Virus record (IMG/VR): IMGVR_UViG_3300045988_111621
Coordinates: 1-30,120 of that record
Reading direction: 5' to 3' (one strand)
DNA length: 30,120 nt
Origin: a virus
The translations under genes and the position numbers were made by a program. The notes beneath the pieces were generated by a model. That model ran no database searches. It saw only the letters and a program-made list of their open reading frames with translations, and was not told the DNA's origin. Shown piece after piece: positions 29,731-30,120 of this stretch. The stretch's first letter is position 1. Each line of letters starts with the position of its first letter.

Positions 29731-29786
29731 TAATTGTCTATTTTTATTTTATCTATACACATCAAGTGAGTAAAAATTTGACACCT
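29731..29786. repeat. Right arm of the inverted repeat bracketing the helicase gene
   Basis: See the left arm. The inner half (minus strand TAAAAATAGACAAT) lies about 25 nt upstream of helicase ATG 29709. The outer half is motif copy E. Confidence 0.65.
29766..29784 (+). promoter_or_regulatory. Conserved motif, copy E (GTGAGTAAAAATTTGACAC), followed by a hairpin
   Basis: Hairpin GGCAGG-ATTTTCA-CCTGCC at 29801-29819. Confidence 0.45.
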
Positions 29787-29856
29787 TAATGTTAAAAAGT
29801 GGCAGGATTTTCACCTGCCTAGAAGTAGTAGAATTACTTGTTTTATTTTGATACTA

Positions 29857-29888
29857 CAAAGATAATACATAAAAATTAAATTTCCAAA
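29857..29888 (-). promoter_or_regulatory. Bacteroides-type promoter (-33 TTTG / -7 TAnnTTTG), leftward, copy 1
   Basis: Minus strand: TTTG (29885-29888), 20-nt spacer, TATCTTTG (29857-29864). It points towards the helicase gene. Confidence 0.55.
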
Positions 29889-29945
29889 TAATTTAGATAT
29901 TATTTTTAATAAAAATTCATTTTTATGATTCTTATTTTGATAGTA

Positions 29946-29977
29946 CAAATATACAATATTATTTTTAAATTTCCAAA
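29946..29977 (-). promoter_or_regulatory. Bacteroides-type promoter, leftward, copy 2 (tandem duplicate)
   Basis: Minus strand: TTTG (29974-29977), 20-nt spacer, TATATTTG (29946-29953). The flanks (TTTGATA[CG]TACAAA ... AAATTTCCAAATAATTT) repeat those of copy 1. Confidence 0.55.
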
Positions 29978-30025
29978 TAATTTTAAGAAAAAAAATAAAA
30001 AAAATATGAAAAAGTTGTCAAAAAA

Positions 30026-30057
30026 TTTGGAAATTGAATAAAAATGTATTATCTTTG
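30026..30057 (+). promoter_or_regulatory. Bacteroides-type promoter, rightward
   Basis: TTTG (30026-30029), 20-nt spacer, TATCTTTG (30050-30057). It is an inverted copy of the leftward cassette. An ATG at 30102 follows. Confidence 0.55.
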
Positions 30058-30101
30058 TAGTACAATAATAAACAAATATTAACTTATTAAATAATAAAAT
30101 T

Positions 30102-30120
30102 ATGAAAAAAATAAATAAAA
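30102..30120 (+). CDS. Possible 5' end of a CDS running off the right edge (MKKINK...)
   Basis: ATG 30102 lies about 45 nt downstream of the rightward promoter. Only 6 codons are visible. Confidence 0.25.

Noticed and set aside
1-30120. Fragmented ORFs interpreted as pseudogenes or a decayed prophage
   Set aside because: Every interruption I checked is TGA, never TAA or TAG. The pieces stay in frame across kilobases. The TGA codons fall at Trp-conserved positions. Random decay would produce frameshifts and all three stop codons.
1-30120. TGA=Gly (table 25, Gracilibacteria/Absconditabacteria) or a code-4 Mollicute host
   Set aside because: The paralogue alignment places TGA opposite TGG (16888 versus 20436 and 22842). 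The HNH NLEW and M15 W-x-H motifs also favour Trp. An M15 peptidoglycan peptidase with a holin, together with Bacteroides-type promoters, argues against a wall-less Mollicute host. This was not proven by any search.
29720-30120. CRISPR array or tRNA genes in the repeat-rich AT-rich region at the right end
   Set aside because: The repeats are three ~50-bp promoter-like cassettes in mixed orientation, not short direct repeats with unique spacers. I found no tRNA-like sequence by eye anywhere in the window: no T-loop GTTCGAATC-type box and no cloverleaf-capable GC-rich 70-90 nt stretch. This is a visual scan only.

Overview
This window is a very AT-rich segment of a tailed dsDNA phage genome, roughly 20-30% GC over most of it by eye. 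It is almost entirely coding.

Layout:
- Plus strand, in order: small regulatory/early-like genes, terS/terL, a tail-chaperone-like gene with a frameshift site, two very large virion proteins, a tape-measure-like protein, a capsid module (protease, scaffold, major capsid, tube-like protein), a mosaic tail-fibre/receptor-binding locus, portal, connector-like genes, and a lysis cassette.
- Minus strand: a short convergent block with an SF2 helicase and three tiny genes.
- Right edge: a divergent promoter region.

Central observation: the standard-code ORF track is misleading. In-frame TGA codons must be read as Trp (table-4-like) to restore terL, the tape-measure-like protein, both giant virion proteins, the endolysin, both homing endonucleases and other genes. 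TAA and TAG still terminate. All coordinates below assume TGA=Trp.

Three signals suggest a walled, standard-code Bacteroidota host, so the recoding is probably phage-specific:
- Bacteroides-type -33/-7 promoters.
- BACON-like domains.
- A peptidoglycan hydrolase.

TGA use is patchy. It is absent from the GC-richer capsid module, the portal, the long fibre and the helicase. It is frequent in tail/baseplate, lysis, terL and homing-endonuclease genes.

Other notable features:
- A ~19-nt phage-specific motif in six copies at operon boundaries, usually followed by a hairpin.
- Two overlapping sigma-like ORFs, one resembling region 2 and one region 4.
- A T9 -1 frameshift site.
- ~50-bp inverted repeats bracketing the helicase gene.
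- A threefold paralogous array of LRR-type putative receptor-binding proteins.
- Two homing endonucleases.

No tRNA, rRNA, CRISPR array, integrase or reverse transcriptase was recognised. All functional calls rest on motif recognition by eye, with no database search.
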